In this document: positions 20,679 through 30,193 of the stretch, piece after piece
Numbering within the stretch: position 1 is the stretch's first letter
How the letters are laid out: each line of letters begins with the position of its first letter
NCBI GenBank assembly: GCA_041577295.1
Contig: JBFGJG010000030.1
Location: forward strand, 1-56,015
Direction of reading: 5' to 3'
Origin: Gemmatimonadales bacterium
GTDB lineage: Bacteria > Gemmatimonadota > Gemmatimonadetes > Gemmatimonadales > GWC2-71-9
Length of the DNA stretch: 56,015 bases
Position numbers and translations under genes: made by a program
Notes under the pieces: model-generated
Told to the model about the DNA's origin: nothing
The model's input: the letters and a program-made list of their open reading frames with translations, nothing else
Databases searched by the model: none

Positions 20679-20729
20679 ACGCCTGCCGCACACTACGCGC
20701 CCTAGAATCTAGTGTGGGCGAGGCGATAC

Positions 20730-20760
20730 AAAAAACCCGGCGCTCCGAGGGCGTCGGGTT
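20730..20760 (-). terminator. Intrinsic terminator, probable riboswitch expression platform
   Basis: Minus strand AACCCGACGCCC TCGG AGCGCCGGGTT then TTTT. Confidence 0.8.
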
Positions 20761-20789
20761 CTAACGAGGCAACCGAGAACAGTGTCGCG

Positions 20790-20873
20790 CTCTCCCGGCA
20801 GCCGGGCAGTCCTCGCTGAGGATCCCTGGCTTTGCGCCCCGTCGTTACCGACGGTTTGCCCTTGTACAGGAGC
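20790..20873 (-). ncRNA. Cyclic di-GMP class I (GEMM-I) riboswitch aptamer
   Basis: Minus strand CTCCTGTACAAGGGCAAACCGTCG-GTAA-CGACGGGGCGCAAAGCCAGGGATCCTCAGCGAGGACTGCCCGGCTGCCGGGAG: GGGCAAACC, GNRA-capped P2, GCAAAGCC junction, GGCTGCCG and P1 CTCCTG/CGGGAG. Confidence 0.9.
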
Positions 20874-20954
20874 AGGTGCTACTAGACGAAACTACCCACC
20901 ACCCAGCCAACGATTGAACCTATCAGCGGGTGATGGGGACTGCCGTGACCTGGG

Positions 20955-23312
20955 TCACAAGAGATTGGCGAGTCGCGATCTGAGTTTTCCGATGCGGAAG
21001 CGCGTGCTCCCGTACGGGTAGTTGCGACTGTAGTAGCTGTAGTGCTGGTCGTAGCGTTTTGCAATGCCGTTGAGGACGGCACCTGCAATTCTGGTCCGCA
21101 CGCGTCCGAGCTGTTCGACGGTGCGTCGTGCTGCCGGCTCTTCCGTCTCCCCACTACGCATCACAATGATCGCCGCGTCCGCCGCCGCTGCCGCCACCAT
21201 CGCGTCAGTGACGGGGAGCGTAGGCGGCGTGTCGAGGATGATGTAGGTGTAATCCTGCCGCAGCTCGCCAATCAAATGCTGCATTGCCTGGGATCCGAGC
21301 AACTCGGCCGGGTTTGGTGGGATCGGGCCCGCAGGTAGCAGATCGAGGTTCTCCGAGACGTCGGGTCGAATAGCCTCGCGGATATCCGCGTTTCCAATCA
21401 GCACGTCCGTCAGGCCGGGTTCCTGGACCAAGCCAAAATTTCGGTGCTGTCCAGGACGCCGCAGATCGCCGTCGATCAGCAGGGTCCGCGCCCCGCCCTG
21501 CGAGAGCATGAGCGCCAGGTTTGTGGCGGTAGTGGACTTTCCCTCACCAGGGCCGGGACTGGTGATGACGAGCAGTTGGACCGGTTTTTCCGCTCCGACG
21601 AAGGTCACGTTGGTTCGTAATGCGCGGTACGCTTCCGCAACGGGATCGTGCGGATCGAGCTTGGAGAGCACCGTTGCGGGGACTCGCTTGCCGTTTCGAC
21701 CGTAGATTCGCTCGATCTTGGGCTCGAACGGAATGAGCCCGAGCACCGGCATTCCGAGGGCGCGCTCGATATCCGCAGCGGTCTTGATGGTCTGATCGAG
21801 GTATTCCAGAAAGAAGATCGCACCGAGACCGAGCAGGGTTCCGACCAACAGTCCCAGAATGATCTTCTGGTGGAGACCCGTGCCGATGTGGATCGGTGGT
21901 GACGCGCCGTCCAGGATCGTGATGTACGGAGAGATCGTCGCCTCCTGCATCCGCGCCTGCTCGTACTGGCCCAGGAGGTAGCGATAGGTGTCGTTGAGAA
22001 TGTTGGTCTCGAGCTCGAGCTGTGCGATCTGCGACTCCTTCCCCGGGAAGGTCATTAGTCGCTCCCTGTGCTCGCTGATCTTGCTGTCGATGGCCGTGAG
22101 CCGCAGCTCGAGGCTCTGCACGGCGGCTTCGACCGCAGTTCTCAGCGAAGCGTGCCCTTGATGGATTCGCTGGTTGATCGCCTGCACCTGAGGATTGTTC
22201 TCGCGCAAACCGAGGGCACCGGCGGTCAGCGCTCGCCGTTCGTCATAGAGCTCGAGGAGCCGCTCGATCTGATAGGTCAGCACGGCATTGTCGTTGGTGC
22301 GCTGGGCTGCCGCGAGTCGGTTTAGCACCTCGATGCCCATCGAGTCCCCGGTCGCCGCATCCCTGAGCGTTGACACTTGCACGATCATGTCTTGCTTATG
22401 CAACTCGAGCTCTCGAATGGCGCCGATGACGGAGAGCTCCTCGGCGCTCAGATCTGTGATCAGGTTCCGCTCCTTATAACGCTGGAGCTCACCGAGCTTT
22501 TGCTGGAACGAGGCATCGGCTCGGCCCAGTTGTTCCTGGATGTACTGCCGTTTTCGCGCCGCCGTTTCGCGCGCGCGATCGGCGCCATCCCGTCGTAGCT
22601 CGATGGCTGCCTGATTCAGCACGAGCGGAACCAGCGTCGGATCGGTACTGGTGAAAGTGATGTCGACCGCGTTGGTGGCTTCACGCACACGATAGCCGAG
22701 CCCTGCGCTCACCCACGCGGCCGCTTCCTGGGGGAGGACCATGCGGAACCACACGCTGCCGCGCGGCGCTTGTGGAGCCATGCGGAAGGCGAATCCTGGG
22801 CCAACGATCTCGTCGGTGAGCGAGCCCGAATCGACGAGGCTCCCGTTCGCGTCGCGCAGGTCAACTCGGTCGCCGATGACCAGTTCATACTCGCCCACCT
22901 GGTAGCCCGAGTCCACGCGTATACCCCCCAGGACGTGGCCCCGGAAGATGGCCGGATCGTCGAGTTCGAGCTGGAGGCTGAGCGCCGACACGACGCGCAT
23001 GGCGAGGTCCTGGGTTGTCAGCACCAGAGCCTCGGAGAGAATCGGATCGGTCCGCAACGCCAGCTCATCGATGTCGATATCGTCGGTGCGCGCAAAGACC
23101 TGCTTGGGTGACGAGATTTGGACGGTGAGACGTGACTGGTATTGAGAAATAGCCTTCCGCCCCGAGAGAAAGGCGCCACCCGCGACCAATACGGCGAGCA
23201 GCGCGACGAGCTTCCAGCGCCGTACGACCACGGTGAAGAGGTCGGACAGGTGGACCTCGCGCGGAGGTGCCATTTTCGGACGATGACTGCCGGGGCCGTC
23301 GCTTGGGTTCAC
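20955..23312 (-). CDS. Polysaccharide biosynthesis tyrosine autokinase (Wzc/GumC-type BY-kinase)
   Basis: Two TM segments with coiled coils, AEAYRALRTN, Walker A GPGEGKST, DGDLRRP, ILDTPP and a C-terminal Tyr cluster YDQHYSYYSRNYPY; AGGAG precedes GTG 23312. Confidence 0.95.
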   Translation of the reverse strand: MNPSDGPGSHRPKMAPPREVHLSDLFTVVVRRWKLVALLAVLVAGGAFLSGRKAISQYQSRLTVQISSPKQVFARTDDIDIDELALRTDPILSEALVLTTQDLAMRVVSALSLQLELDDPAIFRGHVLGGIRVDSGYQVGEYELVIGDRVDLRDANGSLVDSGSLTDEIVGPGFAFRMAPQAPRGSVWFRMVLPQEAAAWVSAGLGYRVREATNAVDITFTSTDPTLVPLVLNQAAIELRRDGADRARETAARKRQYIQEQLGRADASFQQKLGELQRYKERNLITDLSAEELSVIGAIRELELHKQDMIVQVSTLRDAATGDSMGIEVLNRLAAAQRTNDNAVLTYQIERLLELYDERRALTAGALGLRENNPQVQAINQRIHQGHASLRTAVEAAVQSLELRLTAIDSKISEHRERLMTFPGKESQIAQLELETNILNDTYRYLLGQYEQARMQEATISPYITILDGASPPIHIGTGLHQKIILGLLVGTLLGLGAIFFLEYLDQTIKTAADIERALGMPVLGLIPFEPKIERIYGRNGKRVPATVLSKLDPHDPVAEAYRALRTNVTFVGAEKPVQLLVITSPGPGEGKSTTATNLALMLSQGGARTLLIDGDLRRPGQHRNFGLVQEPGLTDVLIGNADIREAIRPDVSENLDLLPAGPIPPNPAELLGSQAMQHLIGELRQDYTYIILDTPPTLPVTDAMVAAAAADAAIIVMRSGETEEPAARRTVEQLGRVRTRIAGAVLNGIAKRYDQHYSYYSRNYPYGSTRFRIGKLRSRLANLL

Positions 23313-23653
23313 ACTTCACTCCTGCCGGGGACCAATTTTGGCCGCCTCGTAATCGATCTTGTGGGGGATAACCGTCCCCTTAGGGGCAAGCGGTATGCCC
23401 GATCGCGGTGCTTCGACTAGTATCGGTTCCAACTGCCCGATCTTGGGCGGACCGAGGCGGTTGTTCACCTGTAACTCGTTGAATCTTGAGTGACTTATGT
23501 TATTTCACACCGCGTCACCGAGCCGAGGTGCAATCCGACCATAGTGAAGGTGGAAGCAAATCACACTCGCCTACAAGTGCATAAGTCACAAATTGTTAGT
23601 CCGTCTGACCGCCCCCAGGATGGGAGCTTGCGGTTTGCGATACTGGAGGTGAT

Positions 23654-24733
23654 GTGCACGGTTTTGCGGTGCTGATCGTAGCCCAGGCATTCAAGGGGAG
23701 CTTGTCCGTGAGACAGGTAGGGGAGGCCGTGAGGCGTGGCGCGGCGCGGGCGGGTGCGGATGCGCGGGTGTTGCTCGCGAGTGATGGCGGTGATGGCCTC
23801 CTCGACGCGATCTCGGACTCGTTGGTGCGCCGGACTCACCACAGGACCACAGGGCCCCTCGGGGAGGGTGTGGAGGCCCCGGTAGGGTGGCTTGATCGCC
23901 AGACCGCCGTGGTGGAATCACGTCTCGTATGTGGGCTTTCGCTGCTGACGGAGGATCGGCGAAATCCGCTGCGAACGACCACCCGTGGTCTCGGAACCCT
24001 GGTCCAGGACGTCGCCGCGGCCGGCGCCGGCCGTGTGGTGATTGGCTTGGGAGGTAGCGCGACCATGGATGGCGGACTGGGGATGGCGCGCTCATGGGGT
24101 TGGCGGGCCACTGATGCTGCCGGCCGTGAGCTGCCGGAGGGGGGCGGGTCACTGATCCATCTGGAATCGCTGGAGCCGGGGAGGCAACCATCGGCTCAGC
24201 TCGTGGCGTTGTGTGACGTGCGGAATCCCCTGAATGGAGCCAGAGGCGCCCGTGTCTATGCGGCGCAAAAGGGAGCCGGTCCAGAGGCGATCGAGCGTCT
24301 CGCGCGTGGACTCGAGCGGCTGGCGGCCGTTTCGGACGGCATTGGGCCAGCGGGTCTGGCCGAGCATGCCGGTGCGGGTGCCGCAGGCGGGTTGGGATTT
24401 GGGATCTTGTTCTTCGGCGGGGGCACCCTTGTCGAAGGAGCGTCCTGGGTCTTGGATCGCCTCGAGTTCGCCGGGTTGTTACGTGAAAAGGTCGACCTCG
24501 TGGTCGTTGCCGAGGCGGCGTTCGACGAGACCTCCCTGGAGGGGAAGCTCACGGGCGAGGTCCTCAGGAAGGCCGTGGGTGCGGGCGTCCCCGTCCACCT
24601 GATTGCTCCGAGCGCGCGAGCCGTTCCGCGCCACGTCACCTTTGCCACGGGACCCGGCGTGTGGACGGCGCGGGACCTCGAGGAGCATGCGGCGACGTCC
24701 ATCGCAGCCCGTCTTCGCTTGCTGCCTGGGTAG
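23654..24733 (+). CDS. Glycerate kinase (GlxK/GarK family)
   Basis: FKGSL, SDGGDG, GLGGSATMDGG, QKGA and GAGAAGGLG motifs. Confidence 0.9.
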   Translation: MHGFAVLIVAQAFKGSLSVRQVGEAVRRGAARAGADARVLLASDGGDGLLDAISDSLVRRTHHRTTGPLGEGVEAPVGWLDRQTAVVESRLVCGLSLLTEDRRNPLRTTTRGLGTLVQDVAAAGAGRVVIGLGGSATMDGGLGMARSWGWRATDAAGRELPEGGGSLIHLESLEPGRQPSAQLVALCDVRNPLNGARGARVYAAQKGAGPEAIERLARGLERLAAVSDGIGPAGLAEHAGAGAAGGLGFGILFFGGGTLVEGASWVLDRLEFAGLLREKVDLVVVAEAAFDETSLEGKLTGEVLRKAVGAGVPVHLIAPSARAVPRHVTFATGPGVWTARDLEEHAATSIAARLRLLPG

Positions 24734-24788
24734 GCCCCCTCTAACTTGCGAAGCTGTTTTCCGAACCATACCACGACGTTGTGTTATC

Positions 24789-26123
24789 ATGGCTGATACC
24801 AAGCAGATGGACAAACTCGTGTCCCTCGCCAAGCGACGAGGGTTCATTTTTCAGTCCTCCGAGATCTACGGCGGTTTAGGCTCGGTGTGGGACTACGGGC
24901 CGTTGGGCGTCGAGCTGAAGAAGAACCTGAAGGAGAGGTGGTGGCGCTCCATGGTGTACGAGCGAACGGATGTGGAGGGCCTCGACTCCGCCATCCTGAT
25001 GCACGCAAAGGTGTGGGAAGCCTCGGGTCACGTCTCTGGGTTCACCGACCCGCTGGTGGACTGCAAGATCTGCAAGAACCGTTTTCGGGCGGACGATCCC
25101 GGCATCAAGGGTGAGCCTGGTGATCCGGACGCGCAGTGCCCGGTGTGCGGGAACAAGGGGTCCTTAACGGCGCCTCGTCTATTCAACCTGATGTTCAAGA
25201 CGTTCATGGGGCCGGTCGAAGAGGATGCGGCTGTTGTCTATTTGCGCCCTGAAACGGCGCAGGGGATCTACGTCAATTACCTCAACGTGATGCAGTCCGC
25301 GCGTCAGAAGATTCCGTTTGGCATCGCCCAGATCGGAAAGGCGTTTCGCAACGAGATCACACCCGGAAACTTCATCTTTCGCACGCGCGAATTTGAGCAG
25401 ATGGAGATGCAGTACTTCGTCAAGCCGTCGGATGACGAGCGGGTGTTCGAGGAGTGGAAAGAACGGCGCATGGAGTGGCACAAGAGTCTCGGCATCACTC
25501 CGAAGAAGTTGCGGTTTCATCAACACGGTGCCGACGAGCTCGCGCACTACGCGAAGGCGGCATTCGACATCGAGTACGAGTTCCCGTTTGGGTGGAACGA
25601 ATTCGAGGGGATTCACAATCGCACCGATTTCGATCTCTCCCGGCACCAGGAGTACTCGGGGAAGAAGCTCGAGTACGTCGATACGGTTTCTGGCGAGCGA
25701 TTCACTCCGTTCGTCATCGAGACGTCGCTCGGCGCTGATCGGCTCGCCCTCGTGGTGTTGGTGGATGCATACCGGGAGGAGCTGGTGGGGGAAGAGCAGC
25801 GCGTCGTGCTTCGGCTCCATCCGTCGATCGCGCCCATTCAGTCGGGGGTCTTTCCCCTCGTAAAGAAAGACGGGATGCCGGAAATGGCGTCGCGGATCGC
25901 CCAGGATCTGCGGGGCCGCATCCGCGCATTCTACGATGATTCCGGGGCCATCGGGCGGCGGTACCGGCGTCAGGACGAGGTGGGCACGCCGTTCGGCATC
26001 ACCGTCGATGGCCAGAGTGTTACCGACCAGACGGTCACGGTCCGTGATCGCGACACGCTGCAGCAGGACCGTGTCAGCGCGGACCGGCTCATTGAGTACC
26101 TCTCCGAGCGGTTGGCGCAATGA
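24789..26123 (+). CDS. glyQS: Glycine--tRNA ligase, homodimeric type
   Basis: KRRGFIFQSSEIYGG, YLRPETAQG, FRNEITPGNF and IGRRYRRQDEVGTP motifs. Confidence 0.97.
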   Translation: MADTKQMDKLVSLAKRRGFIFQSSEIYGGLGSVWDYGPLGVELKKNLKERWWRSMVYERTDVEGLDSAILMHAKVWEASGHVSGFTDPLVDCKICKNRFRADDPGIKGEPGDPDAQCPVCGNKGSLTAPRLFNLMFKTFMGPVEEDAAVVYLRPETAQGIYVNYLNVMQSARQKIPFGIAQIGKAFRNEITPGNFIFRTREFEQMEMQYFVKPSDDERVFEEWKERRMEWHKSLGITPKKLRFHQHGADELAHYAKAAFDIEYEFPFGWNEFEGIHNRTDFDLSRHQEYSGKKLEYVDTVSGERFTPFVIETSLGADRLALVVLVDAYREELVGEEQRVVLRLHPSIAPIQSGVFPLVKKDGMPEMASRIAQDLRGRIRAFYDDSGAIGRRYRRQDEVGTPFGITVDGQSVTDQTVTVRDRDTLQQDRVSADRLIEYLSERLAQ

Positions 26124-27580
26124 ACTTGGACAAACTGATTGATCGGGGAGAAGCGCTGCATCACGAGCTCGGACGGGAGTACTACCTCACGGGTGCCGGT
26201 CACAAGTCAGAGCCAGGGTTCCAGGAGATCTTCGACCGTTACGCCGATCTTCAGGGTGATGAAGCACTCGAGGCCGCCCGAGCAAGTGGAAACCGCGACC
26301 TTTTCGAATGGATCGTTGATGTACGGGTGGGCCGTCGCGTCGCGCCGCTCGAGGAGCGGCAGCTGGTGTGGGAGCAAGGTGCCACGCTGTCGATCGACAG
26401 CACGGAGATTCCGTATCTTCGTGCGCCCATCGAGTTGGCGAACTCGCCGGACCGCGCGTTCCGTATGACGCTGGACGCCGCTCGTGTCCGAGCCACCGAG
26501 CAAGCGTTGAGTAGCCTCCGCCGGGATCGCTTTCTCCTCGAGCGGGAAGAGGTCTGCGGTGCGGTGGGGAGGGCCGACTACGTGGACGCCGTGAGCGAGC
26601 TATCGGGAATCGACCTGGATGGCCTAGGGCGTGCGGCCGAGCAATTCCTCGAGGACACCGCTGACATGTACGTCGACAGTCTCGCGCCGCTCGTGTGACG
26701 ACGGCTCGGTGTCCCGCTCGACACGCTAGTACGGTCCGACTCGTCATGGGCATTTCGGGCGGATCAATTTGACAACGCCTTCCCGGCCGACGGGTTGCTC
26801 CCAACGGCCACCCGACAAATGGGCGAGATGGGTCTTGACGCCGCGCAGGGTGGCCGGGTGCGCTTCGACACCGAAGAACGTGACGGCAAGCAGCCGCGCG
26901 CGTTCTGCGTGCCGGTGCAGATACCGGATGAGGTGTATCTGGTGTTGCGGCCTCGTGGCGGGCACAGCGATTACCGGACCTTCTGGCACGAGCTTGGGCA
27001 CGCCATGCATTTCGCCTCCGCGTCAAGCGAGCTGTCCTTCGCGGCGCGATGGTTAGGGGACAACTCGGTGACGGAAGGCTTCGCCATGCTGTGGGATCAC
27101 CTGACGCTCGATCGTGCATGGTTGGCGCGGTACGCCGGATTGAATGGCCAGGACGCGCGCGATCTGACCTTCCAGCTTGCCGTGAGCGAGCTCTATCTGC
27201 TCCGTCGGTACGCGGCAAAGCTCCGCTATGAGCTGGTATTGCACAGGAGCGATTTGAGTGGTTTGGGTCCCTCGTACGCTGAGCATCTCACGGACGCCAC
27301 GCGGTTCCGGTATCCGGAGGGTGATGCGTTGCACGATGTGGATCCGGGTTTCTATGCGGCGAGGTATCTTCGCGCGTGGCAGCTCGAGGCGGCGGTCGCT
27401 TCCACCCTCACGGAACAGTATGACGAGGATTGGTACCGCAACCCCCGCGCGGGTGAAGCCGTTGCCAGCCTCATGCGACGTGGACAGGCCGACCCGGCTG
27501 ATCGGCTCGCTCGCGAGTTCGCGAGCACAGATTTGGGATTTGCCCCGGTTGCACGACGCTTGGAAGCGGCGCTGGGTTGA
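26120..27580 (+). pseudogene. M3-like (HExxH) metallopeptidase gene interrupted by one in-frame TGA at 26696-26698
   Basis: ORFs 26120-26698 and 26795-27580 share a frame with no other stop between them; K.PRAFC, HELGHAMH and EGFA motifs lie in the second half. Confidence 0.8.
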
Positions 27581-27630
27581 ACCCAGACGACAGCTCGTAG
27601 CTCCCCACTTCCTCCGGCCGGAGGCACACC

Positions 27631-29208
27631 GTGAGCCAGCGACCCGAAGCGTTCTCCTCGCGATGGCTGATGATGATGGCCATGCTTGGCATGGCTGTCG
27701 GTACGGGAAATATCTGGCGCTTTCCACGCATCGCCGCCCAGAACGGCGGCGGCGAGTTCATCGTGGCCTGGATCACGTTTCTTCTCCTATGGTCGATCCC
27801 ACTCATCCTGGTCGAGTTTGGAACCGGTAGAAAAACCCGCACCGGTCCGGTAGGAGCCTTCGTACAACTGATCGGGCCCCGATGGGCATGGATGGGCGCG
27901 TTCGTCGCGTTCGTGGCGACCGCCATCATGTTCTACTACTCGGTGGTGGCGGGCTGGACCATCCGCTACGTCGTGGCATCGGTGACCGGCGAGATCCCGG
28001 GGGCGGAGCCGGGAGCTTTCTGGCAGCAGTACACCACGTCGTGGTGGCCCGTGGTCACCCATGGTGTCGCTATCGGGCTGGGCACGGTGGTCGTCGCCCG
28101 CGGCGTGCGCGCTATTGAGCGCGTCGCCAAGGTGCTGATGCCGGTGCTCCTCGTTCTGGTCCTGGTGCTCGCGGTCCGAGCGATCACGCTGCCAAACGCA
28201 TCTGATGGGTTGTCCTACCTCTTCACCGTCGATTGGGGTGAGCTGGCGAACGCGGGTATTTGGCTCCAGGCGCTGACGCAGAATGCATGGGATACGGGGG
28301 CTGGGTGGGGGCTCGTCCTGACCTACGCGGCGTACCTCAGAGTGAACGAAGACACGGCACTCAATGCGTTCGTTCTCCCAACGGCCAACAACACGGTGTC
28401 GTTGCTCGCGGGGATCATGGTCATCTGCACTGTGTTCTCCGTCGTACCGCAGCTCGTGTCCGAGCTCGCCACTGATCCTACGGCGCTGCAGGCGTATCCG
28501 TCGCTTGCGGAGGCCATCCAGGCGGGCCAGTCCCTCAGCCCGGATCTGATTCAGGGCAGCATTTTCACGGCCAACAACGAGGGACTCACGTTCATTTGGA
28601 TGCCGCAGCTGTTTGCCCGGGTCCCGCTGGGACAATTCTTCATGATCATCTTCTTTCTCGCGTTGTCGTTCGCTGCGTTCACCAGCCTGATCGCCATGAT
28701 CGAGTTAGCGACGCGCGTGCTCCGGGACGCGGGCGTGCCGCGTCCTCGCGCCGTACGCATCGTTGGTACGGTGGGCTTCTTGCTTGGCTTACCGTCCGCC
28801 ATCTCGCTTCAGGTGCTGCACAATCAGGATTGGGTATGGGGGGTAGCCCTGATGGTGTCTGGTCTGTTTTTCGCGCTCGCGGTGATCGGTTCCGGGGTGC
28901 GCCGTTTTCGGGAGGAGCACCTCAACCACGAGCACTCAGATATTCGGATCGGGCGCTGGTGGGACTTCGTGATTGGGGTGATCGTTCCGCTCGAGGCGAT
29001 CACCCTGCTCGTGTGGTGGCTCTACCAGGCCCGAGGGTGGGACCCGACCGGGTGGCTGAACCCGCTTGGCATCGCGAACGTCGGCACGATCTTGCTCCAG
29101 TGGAGTGTAGTCTTCGTTGTCCTGCTGCTCGCTAATGGCTGGGTAGCCCGCCATACGCTCGAGGCCTCAGCTCCACCGGGCGCGCCGGCCTCCGGCGACA
29201 CGCCGTGA
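27631..29208 (+). CDS. Sodium-dependent transporter (NSS/SNF family)
   Basis: AVGTGNIWRFP and NGGG.F motifs; many TM segments. Confidence 0.95.
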   Translation: MSQRPEAFSSRWLMMMAMLGMAVGTGNIWRFPRIAAQNGGGEFIVAWITFLLLWSIPLILVEFGTGRKTRTGPVGAFVQLIGPRWAWMGAFVAFVATAIMFYYSVVAGWTIRYVVASVTGEIPGAEPGAFWQQYTTSWWPVVTHGVAIGLGTVVVARGVRAIERVAKVLMPVLLVLVLVLAVRAITLPNASDGLSYLFTVDWGELANAGIWLQALTQNAWDTGAGWGLVLTYAAYLRVNEDTALNAFVLPTANNTVSLLAGIMVICTVFSVVPQLVSELATDPTALQAYPSLAEAIQAGQSLSPDLIQGSIFTANNEGLTFIWMPQLFARVPLGQFFMIIFFLALSFAAFTSLIAMIELATRVLRDAGVPRPRAVRIVGTVGFLLGLPSAISLQVLHNQDWVWGVALMVSGLFFALAVIGSGVRRFREEHLNHEHSDIRIGRWWDFVIGVIVPLEAITLLVWWLYQARGWDPTGWLNPLGIANVGTILLQWSVVFVVLLLANGWVARHTLEASAPPGAPASGDTP

Positions 29209-29218
29209 CTGGGAGCCG

Positions 29219-29899
29219 GTGCGGTTTCGTGATTTTCGTGCCATGATCGAGCGGATGGCCGCCGATATCCCCGAGGAGTACCTCGAGGGGATTGCCGCGA
29301 TCGACGTGAGTCCCAAGACCATTCCGCATCCGACGCGGGGTGACGTCTATACCCTCGGCGAGTGCATCCCCATTGACGTGGGGCCGGATCATGTGACATC
29401 AAGGGTCGTGTTGTACCACGGGTCGTTCCAGGCGCTCTCGGAAGAACAGCTCGATTTCGACTGGCGGGAGGAGGCCTGGGAAACGTTGCTCCACGAGTTG
29501 CGACATCATGTCGAGTGGCGGGCCCGGTCCCCCAAGTTGGAGGAGTACGACTGGGCCGTGGAGCAGAATTTCGCGCGGCACGAAGGCCACGCGCACGATC
29601 CGGTGTTCTATCGAGCGGGTGAGTGTATCGACAATGGGATCTTCCGCGTCGAGGACGATATCTTCATCGAGCGGATCGTGTCCCGAGCGCCTGAAGAGGC
29701 AGAGTTTGTGTGGCACGGAAAGCGATACGCGGTCACGGTGCCGTCCGTCGATCTTCCCCTCTATCTTGTGCTCGACGGCATCGAGCCCCCTCCTGCGGGT
29801 GAGGCCATCCTGGTCTTCCGGCGACGGCCGGGGCTACGAGATCTGTTTCGTTCAGTCCGGCCGATTGATCGGTCGGCCCGGGCGCAACCGATCGACTGA
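29219..29899 (+). CDS. Minimal zincin-like metallopeptidase family protein
   Basis: TLLHELRHH (HExxH), VVLYHGSF; extra C-terminal domain. Confidence 0.8.
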   Translation: MRFRDFRAMIERMAADIPEEYLEGIAAIDVSPKTIPHPTRGDVYTLGECIPIDVGPDHVTSRVVLYHGSFQALSEEQLDFDWREEAWETLLHELRHHVEWRARSPKLEEYDWAVEQNFARHEGHAHDPVFYRAGECIDNGIFRVEDDIFIERIVSRAPEEAEFVWHGKRYAVTVPSVDLPLYLVLDGIEPPPAGEAILVFRRRPGLRDLFRSVRPIDRSARAQPID

Positions 29900-29920
29900 G
29901 CGGATTACACGGAATACACC

Positions 29921-30193
29921 ATGACCCATGAGATGACAACCAGTTTGAGCCGGGCCGAAGTGTTGGAGCGCGCAAAGCGGTTCTTTGCCGAGCGGGTTCC
30001 CCATCACGGCGCCTTTGTCGAGAAGGAAGGGCCAAGTTTTGCCACGTTCCGCGGTCAAGGTGGCGAGGAGCTCACGGTTGCGGTGTTCGACGCGGAAGGC
30101 AGCACTCGGATTCGCGCGTCGACACTATTCTTCGACCAGGCCATCGGCCGCTTTTTCTCGACACTTCCTGCGGTGGGTGAGGAGGAGACGTGA
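29921..30193 (+). CDS. Hypothetical protein (90 aa)
   Basis: Co-oriented ORF with natural composition; GTGA overlap with the next gene. Confidence 0.75.
   Translation: MTHEMTTSLSRAEVLERAKRFFAERVPHHGAFVEKEGPSFATFRGQGGEELTVAVFDAEGSTRIRASTLFFDQAIGRFFSTLPAVGEEET

Noticed and set aside
20638..20790. Small peptide ORF downstream of the riboswitch
   Set aside because: No ATG on the minus strand; the GTG/TTG-initiated frames are only a few codons long and lack an RBS
20790..20873. 3',3'-cGAMP-sensing (GEMM-Ib) variant of the riboswitch
   Set aside because: The G20-equivalent position is G (AGGGCAAACC), matching the c-di-GMP form
20782..21021. 79-aa + strand ORF and 20882-21154 minus ORF
   Set aside because: They overlap the riboswitch and the wzc 3' end and show no protein-like features
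26795..27580. Independent gene starting at TTG 26795
   Set aside because: It is in frame with the upstream ORF, the intervening codons read as continuous protein, and no clear RBS is present
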